Source of the DNA: a virus
DNA: 64,000 nucleotides
IMG/VR virus record: IMGVR_UViG_3300018481_000019
Coordinates: 29,818-93,817 of that record
Direction: 5' to 3' (one strand)
Below, piece after piece: positions 41,771-51,157 of the stretch (position 1 is the stretch's first letter; each line of letters begins with the position of its first letter). Position numbers and translations under genes: made by a program. Under the pieces are notes generated by a model, which had not been told where the DNA came from, ran no database searches, and was given only the letters and a program-made list of their open reading frames with translations.

Positions 41771-43792
41771 TCATGCGATGGTGACTGCGCCGCCAACGCC
41801 GCCCTTGGTCTTCACGGCCAGTGTGCCGGTGTAGCTCCACAGTCCGTCCGCCACGCCAGTCCCAGGACCGATGTAGGCCAAAGCCTCAAACGTCTCAGTG
41901 AAGGTGCAGTAGCGGTTGGTCTGAATGTCTTCCTTCGTCCGAACCACGCCAAGGTCGAGCGACCCACCGTCGAGACGGAGGAAAGCGCCAGTGGCATAGA
42001 GGATGAAGTCGAACGTGACGGGGTACGCATTCTTCGCTGCGAACCCGCCGCCGGGAGTCAGACCGTCGAGTGACCAAACGGCATCGACGTTGAAGTCGCT
42101 GAACCATCCATCGACTTCTGATGCACTGGTGTTGAGCGCATCGTCGCCGGGAGCCTGGAACGTGAGGTCCGCTGCCATTGCATCCCGAACCCAATTCGGA
42201 GCGATGAAGGTCAGTGGGGTCGTCTGCGAGAGACGGTTGTTCCAACGGAACTCCTGAGCGGCAATCCGAATCGCCTTCAGTGTGTCCCGCGACGTGCCAA
42301 GCACAGTGGTTCCGGCGGCACCGACACTGGTGGAAGCACCCTTCATTATGCCGAGAATCCATTCCTCAGCCATGCGTGCTTGCTGCACCAGGGCGAAATC
42401 CGTGTTGGCTCTGATCCACTCGGGGTATGCCCGCTGGTGGAGGTTGGAGAAACACAGACCCATTGTCAGTGCGACCAACTCGGCCTCACCGTTCACGCCA
42501 CACTCCACATCGAAGAATGGCTTCAGAGCGGGGTCCAGATCATCGGGTGCCACGCCGCCTGTCACCGCGGCCAGTGCCATATCGGTTCCAGTCACGGCGG
42601 CTTCGTCGGGATCGCCTGGGGTCCACACGCTCACACCGCGGGGATTCACTGCGGTAGGCCGCATGATCGACGGTGGGCGGGTGAAGATGATCCCTCCCCG
42701 ATCCGCATTGAACGTCGGGATCGAACTAGCGACGGGCCGGTCGGTTGTCCCGATGGTCGGCACGTCATAGATCGGCACCTTGGGCGCGCACCATCCGGCG
42801 GCGACCAGGGCTTCCCGAGTCAAGTTGGCGGGATCGGAAATCAACTGGCGCACCTTGCGCGCATTCCCGATGGTGTCTGAGGATGAAAGCGTCTGATCCT
42901 CTGTCGGCTCGTTCCGGTTGCGAATCGACGCGACGAGAATGTGCTCCCCGTCTCCGGCGATGCCGCGAATCGAATTGACCTTGGCGGCAAAGGCTTCCGC
43001 CACTCCATCCAAATCGGTCAACTCTGACCCTGCGGTGTAGCCGGGGATATCGCCGCCAGCGAGAATGACATTGGGACGCTCGGCAGGTGCGGCGCTCGGA
43101 GCGTTCTCTGCCGGAACGTCCGATGCCGTGACTTCGATGTCCACGGAATTGTTCTCCTGTTCGGTTGTGGCGGAAGCAGTCTCGGGAGCAGGCTCGCCTT
43201 CGGCGGGCGGTTGCTCTTCCTCCGGTGCTGGCTCCCCTTCGGGTGCTGGCTCTGCGGGCTGCTCTTCCGGTGCTGGCTCGGACGCGGGTTCCGCTGGTGC
43301 GGGTTCCGGTTCCGGCGCTGGCTCGGCAGGCGGCTCTTCGGGAGCGGGTGCGGGAGCAGGCTCGGCGGGCGGCTCGGGCTGAGGCTCGGGCTGTGGCTCG
43401 GCGGGCGGCTCGGGTGCTGGCTGTTGCTCTGCTTGCGGAGCGGGAGCGGCTTCGCCTGGTGGCGTACCGATCTGTGATTCCGGCGATTCGGCACCTAGTC
43501 CTGTGGCGGCGACGGGGGTAACCGTCGCGTCCGTGGCTCCACTTGTCGTGGTGGTCGCACTGGCGGCTGCCGGTACTTCCTCTGCGGGTGCTTCCGCTGG
43601 TGCGCCAGTCTCGGAGCGGCGGGTCTTCTCGGCGCGGACTTCATCAAGTCCGTCAGCGAGATTTTGCATTGCGTCAACGTCACCGGCTTCGTCGGCGGCA
43701 TCGAACGCTGCGACCATCTCCTGCTCTAGCGCGTCCAACTCTTCGTCGGAAAGATCAGGCAACGTCGAAAGACGCTCTGTGAAATCCTCCAT
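41771..43792 (-). CDS. Major capsid protein with fused acidic Pro/Ala/Glu-rich N-terminal scaffold-like region
   Basis: ALVAAGWCAP, RGGI, RAYPE, G.LDLGVVR.....TN.Y..F.ETFE motifs of actinophage MCPs. Confidence 0.8.
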   Translation of the reverse strand: MEDFTERLSTLPDLSDEELDALEQEMVAAFDAADEAGDVDAMQNLADGLDEVRAEKTRRSETGAPAEAPAEEVPAAASATTTTSGATDATVTPVAATGLGAESPESQIGTPPGEAAPAPQAEQQPAPEPPAEPQPEPQPEPPAEPAPAPAPEEPPAEPAPEPEPAPAEPASEPAPEEQPAEPAPEGEPAPEEEQPPAEGEPAPETASATTEQENNSVDIEVTASDVPAENAPSAAPAERPNVILAGGDIPGYTAGSELTDLDGVAEAFAAKVNSIRGIAGDGEHILVASIRNRNEPTEDQTLSSSDTIGNARKVRQLISDPANLTREALVAAGWCAPKVPIYDVPTIGTTDRPVASSIPTFNADRGGIIFTRPPSIMRPTAVNPRGVSVWTPGDPDEAAVTGTDMALAAVTGGVAPDDLDPALKPFFDVECGVNGEAELVALTMGLCFSNLHQRAYPEWIRANTDFALVQQARMAEEWILGIMKGASTSVGAAGTTVLGTSRDTLKAIRIAAQEFRWNNRLSQTTPLTFIAPNWVRDAMAADLTFQAPGDDALNTSASEVDGWFSDFNVDAVWSLDGLTPGGGFAAKNAYPVTFDFILYATGAFLRLDGGSLDLGVVRTKEDIQTNRYCTFTETFEALAYIGPGTGVADGLWSYTGTLAVKTKGGVGGAVTIA
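43170..43450 (-). repeat. Coding PAEP/PAPE tandem repeats
   Basis: Imperfect GGCTCGG repeats encoding a Pro/Ala/Glu linker. Confidence 0.7.
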
Positions 43793-43983
43793 TGGAGAAT
43801 CCTCTTTCCTGAATAGCGGTCATTTTCTGACTCGTCTGTGTCAAAGGAAAGAGGTACGTCGCTGCATAGCTCGGTCGCTCTTGCTGGTCCGACCATACAA
43901 CCACGGCCTTTCAAAAAGCAAGTGGCTAGTGTCGTGGCCCTGTCCCGAGTTGGTCTTGTACCTCTGACTCGGGGTAGGGACTA

Positions 43984-44018
43984 GAAAGAGGGAGCCGAGA
44001 AATCGACTCCCTCTTTCG
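43984..44018. terminator. Terminator-like hairpin (copy 1 of 3 related)
   Basis: GAAAGAGGGAGCCGAGAAATCGACTCCCTCTTTC; relatives at 44075 and 53581. Confidence 0.65.
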
Positions 44019-44074
44019 ATTCAAAAAGCAAGTGGTGGGGTAGGAGAAAACTCACTCACTCCCAGAGTGACCAC

Positions 44075-44108
44075 GAAAGAGGGAGCCGGTCATTCGGCTC
44101 CCTCTTTC
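44075..44108. terminator. Terminator-like hairpin (copy 2)
   Basis: GAAAGAGGGAGCCG-gtcatt-CGGCTCCCTCTTTC. Confidence 0.65.
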
Positions 44109-44130
44109 TTCGCGCGTACTGGACTGTCCG

Positions 44131-45441
44131 TCAGCGTGAGTCTATGCGACCCTTCCGTGTCGTGGCGAGTACCACCAGGCCAAGCAAGCCGAGAGCGCCC
44201 GCCAGGAATGCCAAGGGCTTGATCGGAATGTCGGTGCCGGTGAACGGCAGTATCCCGTCTTCAGGACTCGGCGTGCTCGGAACCAATCGTGGTGTGGTCG
44301 GTGTGACCGGGTTCTCCGGGTTGGCACACTCCGATGATTCCGGTGGGTAGGTGATGAATGCGGTGGCGGTCGGGTTGACCGTGTAGGTGAGGTTGATTCC
44401 CTCACGCAAGAACTCGTCGCTCGGGTCACGGACCCACAGCCCATCGTCGGTGAGAATCCAACCAGGCACGTCGTCTATCGACCCGTCGGCGTTGACACTG
44501 GTGCCGGGGAAGAGCAGATCGACCGTCGTGTTCGGCTCGTAGACAAGAGCCTGCGTGGACACCACGTTCCCATTCACGTCAGCCATTGTCAGCGTGCCGG
44601 TCTGTCCCGCCAGTTCGGGGAAGGTGTTCTGAAACTCAATGCGAATGGTCGGCACTTCAGCCACGCAAACCGTCGTTGCCGCACCGAACACGAACGGTAC
44701 TGTGGTTGTCGTCTCGCCAGGGACCGTCGTGGAGCCAGGGACCGTCGTGGTCGTGGTCGTCTCGCCGGGTAGCGTCGTGGTGGTTGTGGTTGGCCCCAAC
44801 GGTGTCAAGCAAGTGTCCGACGCAAAGGCTCCGGTTTGAGCGTTCACGGCGAGAATCAAAAGCAGGACTCCCGGCGGGAGAACGTCGGCAAGGTCTTGCA
44901 CTGTCTCGTAGGGCCGACCGGCGATGATTGCCAAGGCGATGATCGCATTCACTCCGCCCAACTCTTCCAACTCGACTTGCGGCGCGGTGTTGACATCGAC
45001 GCAGAACTGAGTCGGTGTCGGCGGAGCAGTCGTGGTCGTGGTCGGTTGGGTCGTCGTCGTGGTCGGTTGAGTGGTCGTAGTCGTCGGCTGTGTGGTGGTT
45101 GTCGTCGTGCTCGTCGTGGTGCTGGTAGTGCTGGTGGTTGACGTAGACGTGGTCGTGGTGGGACAAGGTCCGAAGATGTCCTCTTCGTGACCGGCTCTCG
45201 GTGTGCCGTTTTCAAAAAAGTGACCGGCTTGTCCGAAGATCGCCACCCACGGCAAATTCAGTTCTACGAAATGTTCGGTGCCTGCCAGTCCGGTGAAATG
45301 GCAGATCGTGAAATGCTCCGGTGGTCTGGTTGTTTCATCGACGGTGGGCAATGTCGTCTCGGTAGTTCCCATTGCCACCATTGGCAGCGTCATTGCAAAT
45401 AGCAACGCCAACACCGAGACGGCAGCAAGTGCCTTTCTCAT
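44131..45441 (-). CDS. Sortase-anchored surface protein with Thr-rich linkers and ComEA-like helix-hairpin-helix domain
   Basis: Signal peptide; VDVNTAPQVELEELGGV...ALAIIAGRPYETVQDLADV; LPFTG + TM helix + RKGR tail. Confidence 0.75.
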   Translation of the reverse strand: MRKALAAVSVLALLFAMTLPMVAMGTTETTLPTVDETTRPPEHFTICHFTGLAGTEHFVELNLPWVAIFGQAGHFFENGTPRAGHEEDIFGPCPTTTTSTSTTSTTSTTTSTTTTTTQPTTTTTQPTTTTTQPTTTTTAPPTPTQFCVDVNTAPQVELEELGGVNAIIALAIIAGRPYETVQDLADVLPPGVLLLILAVNAQTGAFASDTCLTPLGPTTTTTTLPGETTTTTTVPGSTTVPGETTTTVPFVFGAATTVCVAEVPTIRIEFQNTFPELAGQTGTLTMADVNGNVVSTQALVYEPNTTVDLLFPGTSVNADGSIDDVPGWILTDDGLWVRDPSDEFLREGINLTYTVNPTATAFITYPPESSECANPENPVTPTTPRLVPSTPSPEDGILPFTGTDIPIKPLAFLAGALGLLGLVVLATTRKGRIDSR

Positions 45442-45802
45442 TCTTCCTCATTCTTCCTCCGATAGACGGCACTTCTCTTTTCCCCGAAAGCGCCAAGAAC
45501 GAAAAGACTACTCTGTGAAAAAGCGAATACCACCCTTGTCTCCGGGGAAGAGCAAAGGTGGCATTCGCTGGTGTCGAGATTCGCAGACTGGCTTGGGAGT
45601 CACAAGCACCGCTACGAAAAATCCGGCGAGAGAATTCCCAACTGATTCGTGTCTGCGTGAGAGGTCCGAAGACCTAACCGAGACTCCGCCTCTGTCGGGA
45701 ATCCAACTCGCCGGACGTGGAACCATAGCGGTTCCCACCGGGAATGCAAATGAGATTCCCGGTTTTCTCGGGCGCTCCGTAAGCCAGGGAGCACCCGAGA
45801 GA

Positions 45803-46285
45803 TTAGCTACTCAGGGTTTCGACCACTTCCAACATCGTCTTCACGGATTCATAGACCTTGGGAATTGCCTTCTCCGCCACGGTCGCATCCTTCTGCGCGG
45901 CAATGGCTACCGCTTCGACACTGTCGTTATGTACCCGAGTCTGTGTGTCTTTCCGACGGGGAACTACTGCTTCCCGACGTTCCATAGGTGACGGTGTCGA
46001 GTTCCGCTTGTACCCGTTGGCATAGACCGGGTTGGTGACGTAGAGCTTGTTGTCCTCCGCCAATTCCAATCGGGCTTGCCGGTCCCAATCCCCTACCGCA
46101 ACCGTGTGTTTGCTCCGCTTGAATCTCGGTAACGCCGATTCCAAGTAGGTCACTATCTCGCCACGGTTGGCGAACGACTGGCCTCCCATGTAAGCCGTCC
46201 GCAACTCGTCAATCGCCGCACGACCAAAGGTCGATCTGGCTTTCTTCATTCGTTCCTCCTGTTTCCAGTCTGTGTCTGTCCGCAC
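45803..46285 (-). CDS. Hypothetical protein
   Basis: Co-oriented ORF directly after 46289-47119. Confidence 0.5.
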   Translation of the reverse strand: MRTDTDWKQEERMKKARSTFGRAAIDELRTAYMGGQSFANRGEIVTYLESALPRFKRSKHTVAVGDWDRQARLELAEDNKLYVTNPVYANGYKRNSTPSPMERREAVVPRRKDTQTRVHNDSVEAVAIAAQKDATVAEKAIPKVYESVKTMLEVVETLSS

Positions 46286-46288
46286 GTC

Positions 46289-47119
46289 CTAGAGCAATTC
46301 CTCCACGGTTTTGCCCGCACTTGAAAGTCCGTCTTCGATCAGAGCTACGGCGACTCCGAGCTTGTGCTGCACCTTGGCGATGTCAGCAATCACTTCCGCG
46401 ACCACGGCTTCTGCCGACGGGACACTGCCCTTGCGGAGTAGCCGACTGAATGTCTCGGCCTTCTCCACCACTCCATCGACGGCTGTGTCGGCCTTGTCGA
46501 TAGCAAGCGGTAGCTCGGTGAGAATCCCGATGGTGTCGAGAGCGCCCAACTCCCGCGTCTTGCGGGGAGGTCGAGCCGCTTTCTCTTCGTACATATCGGC
46601 GGCAGAACTGAAGGTGGCTCGGTCGTCACTCACCACGTCAGCGACAATCTCCGGTTCGACTTCGACCAGTTTCTTGATCGCCGTCTTGCGCTGCGCCGGA
46701 GTCATTGTCTCCACGGCTCGTTCGATCTGCTCCGGTGAAGACCCAGGCTCCACCCGAACCCGCTTCCGAACTTCGTCATTGTCGGACGGCGGGAATCCAA
46801 TAGTGGGCAGCTTCACCGTGGCTCCTGGCTTGATGTCGGTGTCGCCCTTCCCCTCTTCCCACGCTTGGCGATAGGACCGGACGGTGTCCGGCTTGGTCAG
46901 ACCATTGATGCCGAGCTTGGCGAACTGGACTGTGCTGAGAGTATTGCCGGGTTCGGCAATTCTTTTGGGCTGTCCAGGCTTGTCGTGTCCATGAGTGAAG
47001 GCATAGACGATTGCCGCCCGCTCCCAACCCTTTGCCGTGAGTAGCGAGTCAATGCCATTGAGGGCATCGGTCGCTTTCTTGATCGTGGTCGGTATGACCA
47101 CTGTGGTTGGTCGTGTCAT
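46289..47119 (-). CDS. Hypothetical protein, possible DNA-binding (FAKLGINGL...TVRSY..AW)
   Basis: Long ORF with SD; HTH-like segment. Confidence 0.5.
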   Translation of the reverse strand: MTRPTTVVIPTTIKKATDALNGIDSLLTAKGWERAAIVYAFTHGHDKPGQPKRIAEPGNTLSTVQFAKLGINGLTKPDTVRSYRQAWEEGKGDTDIKPGATVKLPTIGFPPSDNDEVRKRVRVEPGSSPEQIERAVETMTPAQRKTAIKKLVEVEPEIVADVVSDDRATFSSAADMYEEKAARPPRKTRELGALDTIGILTELPLAIDKADTAVDGVVEKAETFSRLLRKGSVPSAEAVVAEVIADIAKVQHKLGVAVALIEDGLSSAGKTVEELL

Positions 47120-47513
47120 TCAGTCCTCCGTGTCGAGTAGGTGAGGGTGCGTTTCAAAAATGCCCATGCTCTCTTCAATGTCGAGCATGAGCCAATCGGA
47201 TTCAGTGAGTTTGAAATCCTCATTGAATGCCGCTCGCATCTGGTCGAGAATGTGAAGCAGGCCGGGGTCTTTCAAACCGTAGGTCGAGTAGGTGAGGTCG
47301 ATTGCTTTGAGCAAGACCATGCCGTCTCGTATCGCGTCGTGCTCCACCGCCACTTCCAATGCGGCAATCATGCTGTCGATCAACATTCTCGCTTCGTCGG
47401 GCGAGCGGTCGCTGAAAAATCCCTTTGATTCATTGGTCAAAAGCGTCGTCCTTGTCTGGGTCTGGCTACTGCGTGCCAGATGCTAGCCGGAGCTTTCAAA
47501 ATTTCAAGCTGTG

Positions 47514-50087
47514 TCAAACGTGTCTCGGCATGGTGGCGATGATCCACTCCGGCTTGCGCCCACGTCCGGTTCCCACCGTTCCGGTTTCCTCTTTCCAGAT
47601 GTGGACAAACCCGGCTCGGCTGAGACGGGCAAGGGCGGCGTTCATCTGCTCGGTGGTGCGGTGATAGCCGAACGCTTTTGAAAGCCCGCTGCGGGTGGTT
47701 GGCTCGGTGGGGTGCTCACGCACCGCGGACAGGATTTCATTGGCGACATCTGACCGTGTCACTCCGCCGAACAGGGCTTGCACCGTGTCTTCTGAGTATT
47801 GCGCCCAAGCCAAGCCCGCTTCGTAGTCGCCCATCCTGATTTCATCCGACCCATCGACCACGGCATAGATCAAAGCGGTGCGGAGAACGTGCGCCGTCTG
47901 TCGGGAAATCATGGCCCCGAGACTCCCCGCTTCGACACCCTTGCGGCGGAGTACCGGATAGTCGGTGCGCCGCCAGCGCTCGGCTACCTCTTTTGAAAGC
48001 GTCACGGAGCGAGTCGATGATCCGCCATAGGCAGTGAACTCACCGGCGAACTTGATCTTGGTGGCGATGTCGGCAAGGGCTTCGGTATCGACGTGTCCGC
48101 CGTCGGGCAGAATGACATCGTCGGTGTCGGTGTAGACCCAAGTGAAGCGATTGCCTAGCCCATCGGTGGTGGACAGTTTTGAAAAGTGGGCCTGCAACTC
48201 GGTGGGAGTGATAGCTGCGCTGATTGCTAGATGGTGATTGCTACTCACCTTGCTTCTCGCCGCTGCCGTCGAGTAGCGGAGCGGGGAAGACTGGTCGTAG
48301 GCATCTCGGAGCAATGGGCTGAGGATGGAATTCTCATAACCCATCGGCCCGAGCAGGCTCCCTAGCTCTTCATAGAGCAGGGTGACCCGCTGGTCTTCCC
48401 GGCCTGATTTCAGACTGCCGGTTTTTGAATCGTAGACCGGGTCGGCCAAGTCCAGAATGATCGCTTGGCCCGAGCCGAAACCATTGAGGCAGTTGCCGTC
48501 AACAAACCCCGGCTCCAATAGCTCAAAGAACTTTTTCACAACCCTGAATGCGGTGCTCTTCCGCCCGAGTCCGGTGGGCGCAACCAGGCACCAGAACATA
48601 TTGGCGCTGTGCTCCACGTCGCCGTGGACAAACCTCACGCCTCTGCCGAGCACGGTGCCGAGCACCGGGATCAGCACCGAGCCAATCGACGGAATCGGGG
48701 CTTCTGATGCCCCGTCGTAGATGCGGAGCACTTCCCCGATGTTGCCGTGGAACACGGCGGAGTCGAGCTTGGGCGCTTCCCCGATCAGATCGCCTTCCCG
48801 ATAGAGACGGCGGTTGACCGGCAAGGTGAATCCCTCTTCGACCCATGTTGGGATTGGCGGTGGCTTGGGTGGCTCGCCGCTGGTGGCCTCTTCCCAATCG
48901 GGTTCCAGCTTGGGGTCGTACTCGGCCTTGGCGGGCTTGGGTTCCTTGGCGGCGGGCCGCGCCATATGGGTTCCATCTGGGTCGGGGGGAGCCGTTTTGG
49001 AATCGCTTTCCAAATCGGGCGGGTTGGTCGGTGTTAAAGCTGGCTTTTCCTCAACTGGTTGCTCGGTTTTTGTTTCCGAGTCCGAGATGTCCGGCGGTGG
49101 CGGGACTTCGTCCGGGTCGGGCGGCGGCTCTGGTGGCTCGTAGTCGTAAAGCCCCTTGTCCGAGCGCATGTTGATGATTTCAACGTCGTAGTAGCCACTG
49201 AGAATCTTGGTGGCGGCCCCTTCCCACATGCTCTTGTAATCGGCTTCCCGCTGTGCGGTGTAGCGCTTGTGCGGATTTTCACTGATGTCCCGCCATTCCT
49301 GATAGGTGTCTTCGATTTGGAGAAAGGCGTCTTGCGCCGGGTAGAAACCGGCTGCGGATTCAATGGCGGCTTGCAGAATCACGTCTCGGGCGGCTTGGCG
49401 GCGGTGCATCCCGGCCTTGACCTTGTTGGGGAAGGTGTCGGTGGTGACACGGTCCAAAAACGCCTGCCCGATGGTGCCTTCAAGGTCGCTGGTGTCGTAG
49501 CTGGCGAAGAACGTGGGGAGTGGATCGTGCGGATCGAATTCGATTGCCGGTGGGCTGCCGGGGATGCCGCGGGTGGGCGGCGGCGTAGACGGAACCATGC
49601 CAAGGTCGAATAGCTCAACCAGCTTGGCGGGTACATCTGCAATCTCCCGGTCGATCAGATCGGTGTCCGGCGAGCAGACAACGTATCCGCCGGTTGCTTT
49701 GATGTCGCCGCCGGGGATGGGCCTGCCGGTGCAGACGCCGCGGTAGTAGTAGTGCGGTTGGCCCTTGGTGAGACTCATAATCTCTAGGGTCGGATGCTCT
49801 TTCAAAACTGCGAGCAGTGCAGTCGGTGTCGCTTCCGGGGTGTCGATGTCCACCACGCACAAAGCGCTCTTGCCGCAATCGACGCCGATGTAGGCGCTGC
49901 CTCCTGCCAGCTTCCAATGACGGCGGATTGCTTCCGGGTCTTGGGTGGAAACCTCTTGCCAGTTCTTGCCATGCGTGATCGGACGTTTATCTGAATTCAC
50001 CGGAAAGACAAAGGCGTCGAGCTTGGCGGCGACCTTGATTGCGAAGTCGGCTCGGACGGGTTCGGTGCGGTGGGTGGGCATGGTCAC
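47514..50087 (-). CDS. Bifunctional primase-polymerase (Prim-Pol) fused to DUF3987-like helicase/ATPase domain
   Basis: VFPV..DKRP, VVDID, G.HYYY, GDIKATGGYVV; C-terminal APTGLGRKST, YEEL, LLRDAYD, DGLGNRF. Confidence 0.8.
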   Translation of the reverse strand: MTMPTHRTEPVRADFAIKVAAKLDAFVFPVNSDKRPITHGKNWQEVSTQDPEAIRRHWKLAGGSAYIGVDCGKSALCVVDIDTPEATPTALLAVLKEHPTLEIMSLTKGQPHYYYRGVCTGRPIPGGDIKATGGYVVCSPDTDLIDREIADVPAKLVELFDLGMVPSTPPPTRGIPGSPPAIEFDPHDPLPTFFASYDTSDLEGTIGQAFLDRVTTDTFPNKVKAGMHRRQAARDVILQAAIESAAGFYPAQDAFLQIEDTYQEWRDISENPHKRYTAQREADYKSMWEGAATKILSGYYDVEIINMRSDKGLYDYEPPEPPPDPDEVPPPPDISDSETKTEQPVEEKPALTPTNPPDLESDSKTAPPDPDGTHMARPAAKEPKPAKAEYDPKLEPDWEEATSGEPPKPPPIPTWVEEGFTLPVNRRLYREGDLIGEAPKLDSAVFHGNIGEVLRIYDGASEAPIPSIGSVLIPVLGTVLGRGVRFVHGDVEHSANMFWCLVAPTGLGRKSTAFRVVKKFFELLEPGFVDGNCLNGFGSGQAIILDLADPVYDSKTGSLKSGREDQRVTLLYEELGSLLGPMGYENSILSPLLRDAYDQSSPLRYSTAAARSKVSSNHHLAISAAITPTELQAHFSKLSTTDGLGNRFTWVYTDTDDVILPDGGHVDTEALADIATKIKFAGEFTAYGGSSTRSVTLSKEVAERWRRTDYPVLRRKGVEAGSLGAMISRQTAHVLRTALIYAVVDGSDEIRMGDYEAGLAWAQYSEDTVQALFGGVTRSDVANEILSAVREHPTEPTTRSGLSKAFGYHRTTEQMNAALARLSRAGFVHIWKEETGTVGTGRGRKPEWIIATMPRHV

Positions 50088-50118
50088 TAGGAGCTAGTCC
50101 TTGGCGGCTTTTTGAAAG

Positions 50119-50553
50119 TCATGGGAGCCAGATGGATTTGATGCGGGTGGCGGTAACCACGTCCGCGAAGACCTCCGGGTAGACGGCTTCCAGCTTGGCT
50201 CGGTTGATCGAAGACCTTACGGAGACTCGTAAGGTCGCCGCCACCTGGCCGCTGGCGGTGAAAACCTGACTCTCGCCGGTGGATTCAAGGTGGTCGAGGA
50301 TGATTCTTCTCACCGCTTCCTCTTCGGTTTCGATGCTTTTGCGGGCGGCTCTTAGCTCTCCGAGACGGCGGGCATATTCGGCAATGCTGCCAATGGCGGT
50401 TGCGGTTGGTTCCGGCTCTGGGATTGGTTCGGGGTCTATGGGAGCGGGGTGTGCGGGTGCGGCTCCGGCCCCGATGTAGTCGGGGTCGGTGGTGACGTGC
50501 GGGCTGTCTTCTCGGTCTGGTGGGCCTGGTGGAGCGGGCGGCTCATAGGTCAT
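50119..50553 (-). CDS. Hypothetical phage replication-region protein
   Basis: Coiled coil plus IN..KL...YP.VF motif; first gene of the leftward arm. Confidence 0.55.
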   Translation of the reverse strand: MTYEPPAPPGPPDREDSPHVTTDPDYIGAGAAPAHPAPIDPEPIPEPEPTATAIGSIAEYARRLGELRAARKSIETEEEAVRRIILDHLESTGESQVFTASGQVAATLRVSVRSSINRAKLEAVYPEVFADVVTATRIKSIWLP

Positions 50554-50713
50554 GCGGACTAACTCCGTCTTCGTGGGCGGGTGGGCCTCTCACCGTAGCT
50601 GGTGGGAACGGCGGTGTCGCTTGGTCTGGGGGATTGCTAGCGGGAGATTTCGCGGACTTTCCAATGCCGATGAATTGGAATGGGTTTTGGGAATTGCAGG
50701 GTAATTCCTGTGA

Positions 50714-50747
50714 TCGAACGGACGTTTGGGGGAGAACAGATGTTCGA
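50714..50747. promoter_or_regulatory. Two adjacent LexA (SOS)-box-like sites
   Basis: TCGAAC-GGAC-GTTTGG and GAGAAC-AGAT-GTTCGA versus actinobacterial consensus TCGAAC-N4-GTTCGA. Confidence 0.55.
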
Positions 50748-51141
50748 CAAAACCTATTCTTCTGCGGGTTTTGCGACCGATGGGAACGGGTGTTCGGGTG
50801 GACTTAATTCTGACCTGGGAATGTCTTGGCTCGGGGCTGAGGGGGGCGGAGCTAATTGGGAACTTGGTCAGATTTGAAAGAATCCCTGCTGGTGATTGGC
50901 GAAAAGCCTGATTTCCGAATTAATTGGGGTACCCCCTATACCTCTTGAATTCGACGGAACCCTCACAACTTCCTTTGAGAGAGAGTTTTTATTAATGATT
51001 CATTGAGTTTTTTGAATTCTTCTGCAAGGTTTACGACGGGTGTAGGTATAGGGGGTACTCAAATTAAGTCGTTTGAAGGGGTCTGAATTCTTCTGCAAGG
51101 GGGTGTGGGTAGTCGTAACGGGTGCAGAGTATTGGCCCAAA

Positions 51142-51157
51142 TCGAACATATGTTCGG
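51142..51157. promoter_or_regulatory. LexA (SOS)-box-like site
   Basis: TCGAAC-ATAT-GTTCGG, 11/12 match to consensus. Confidence 0.65.
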
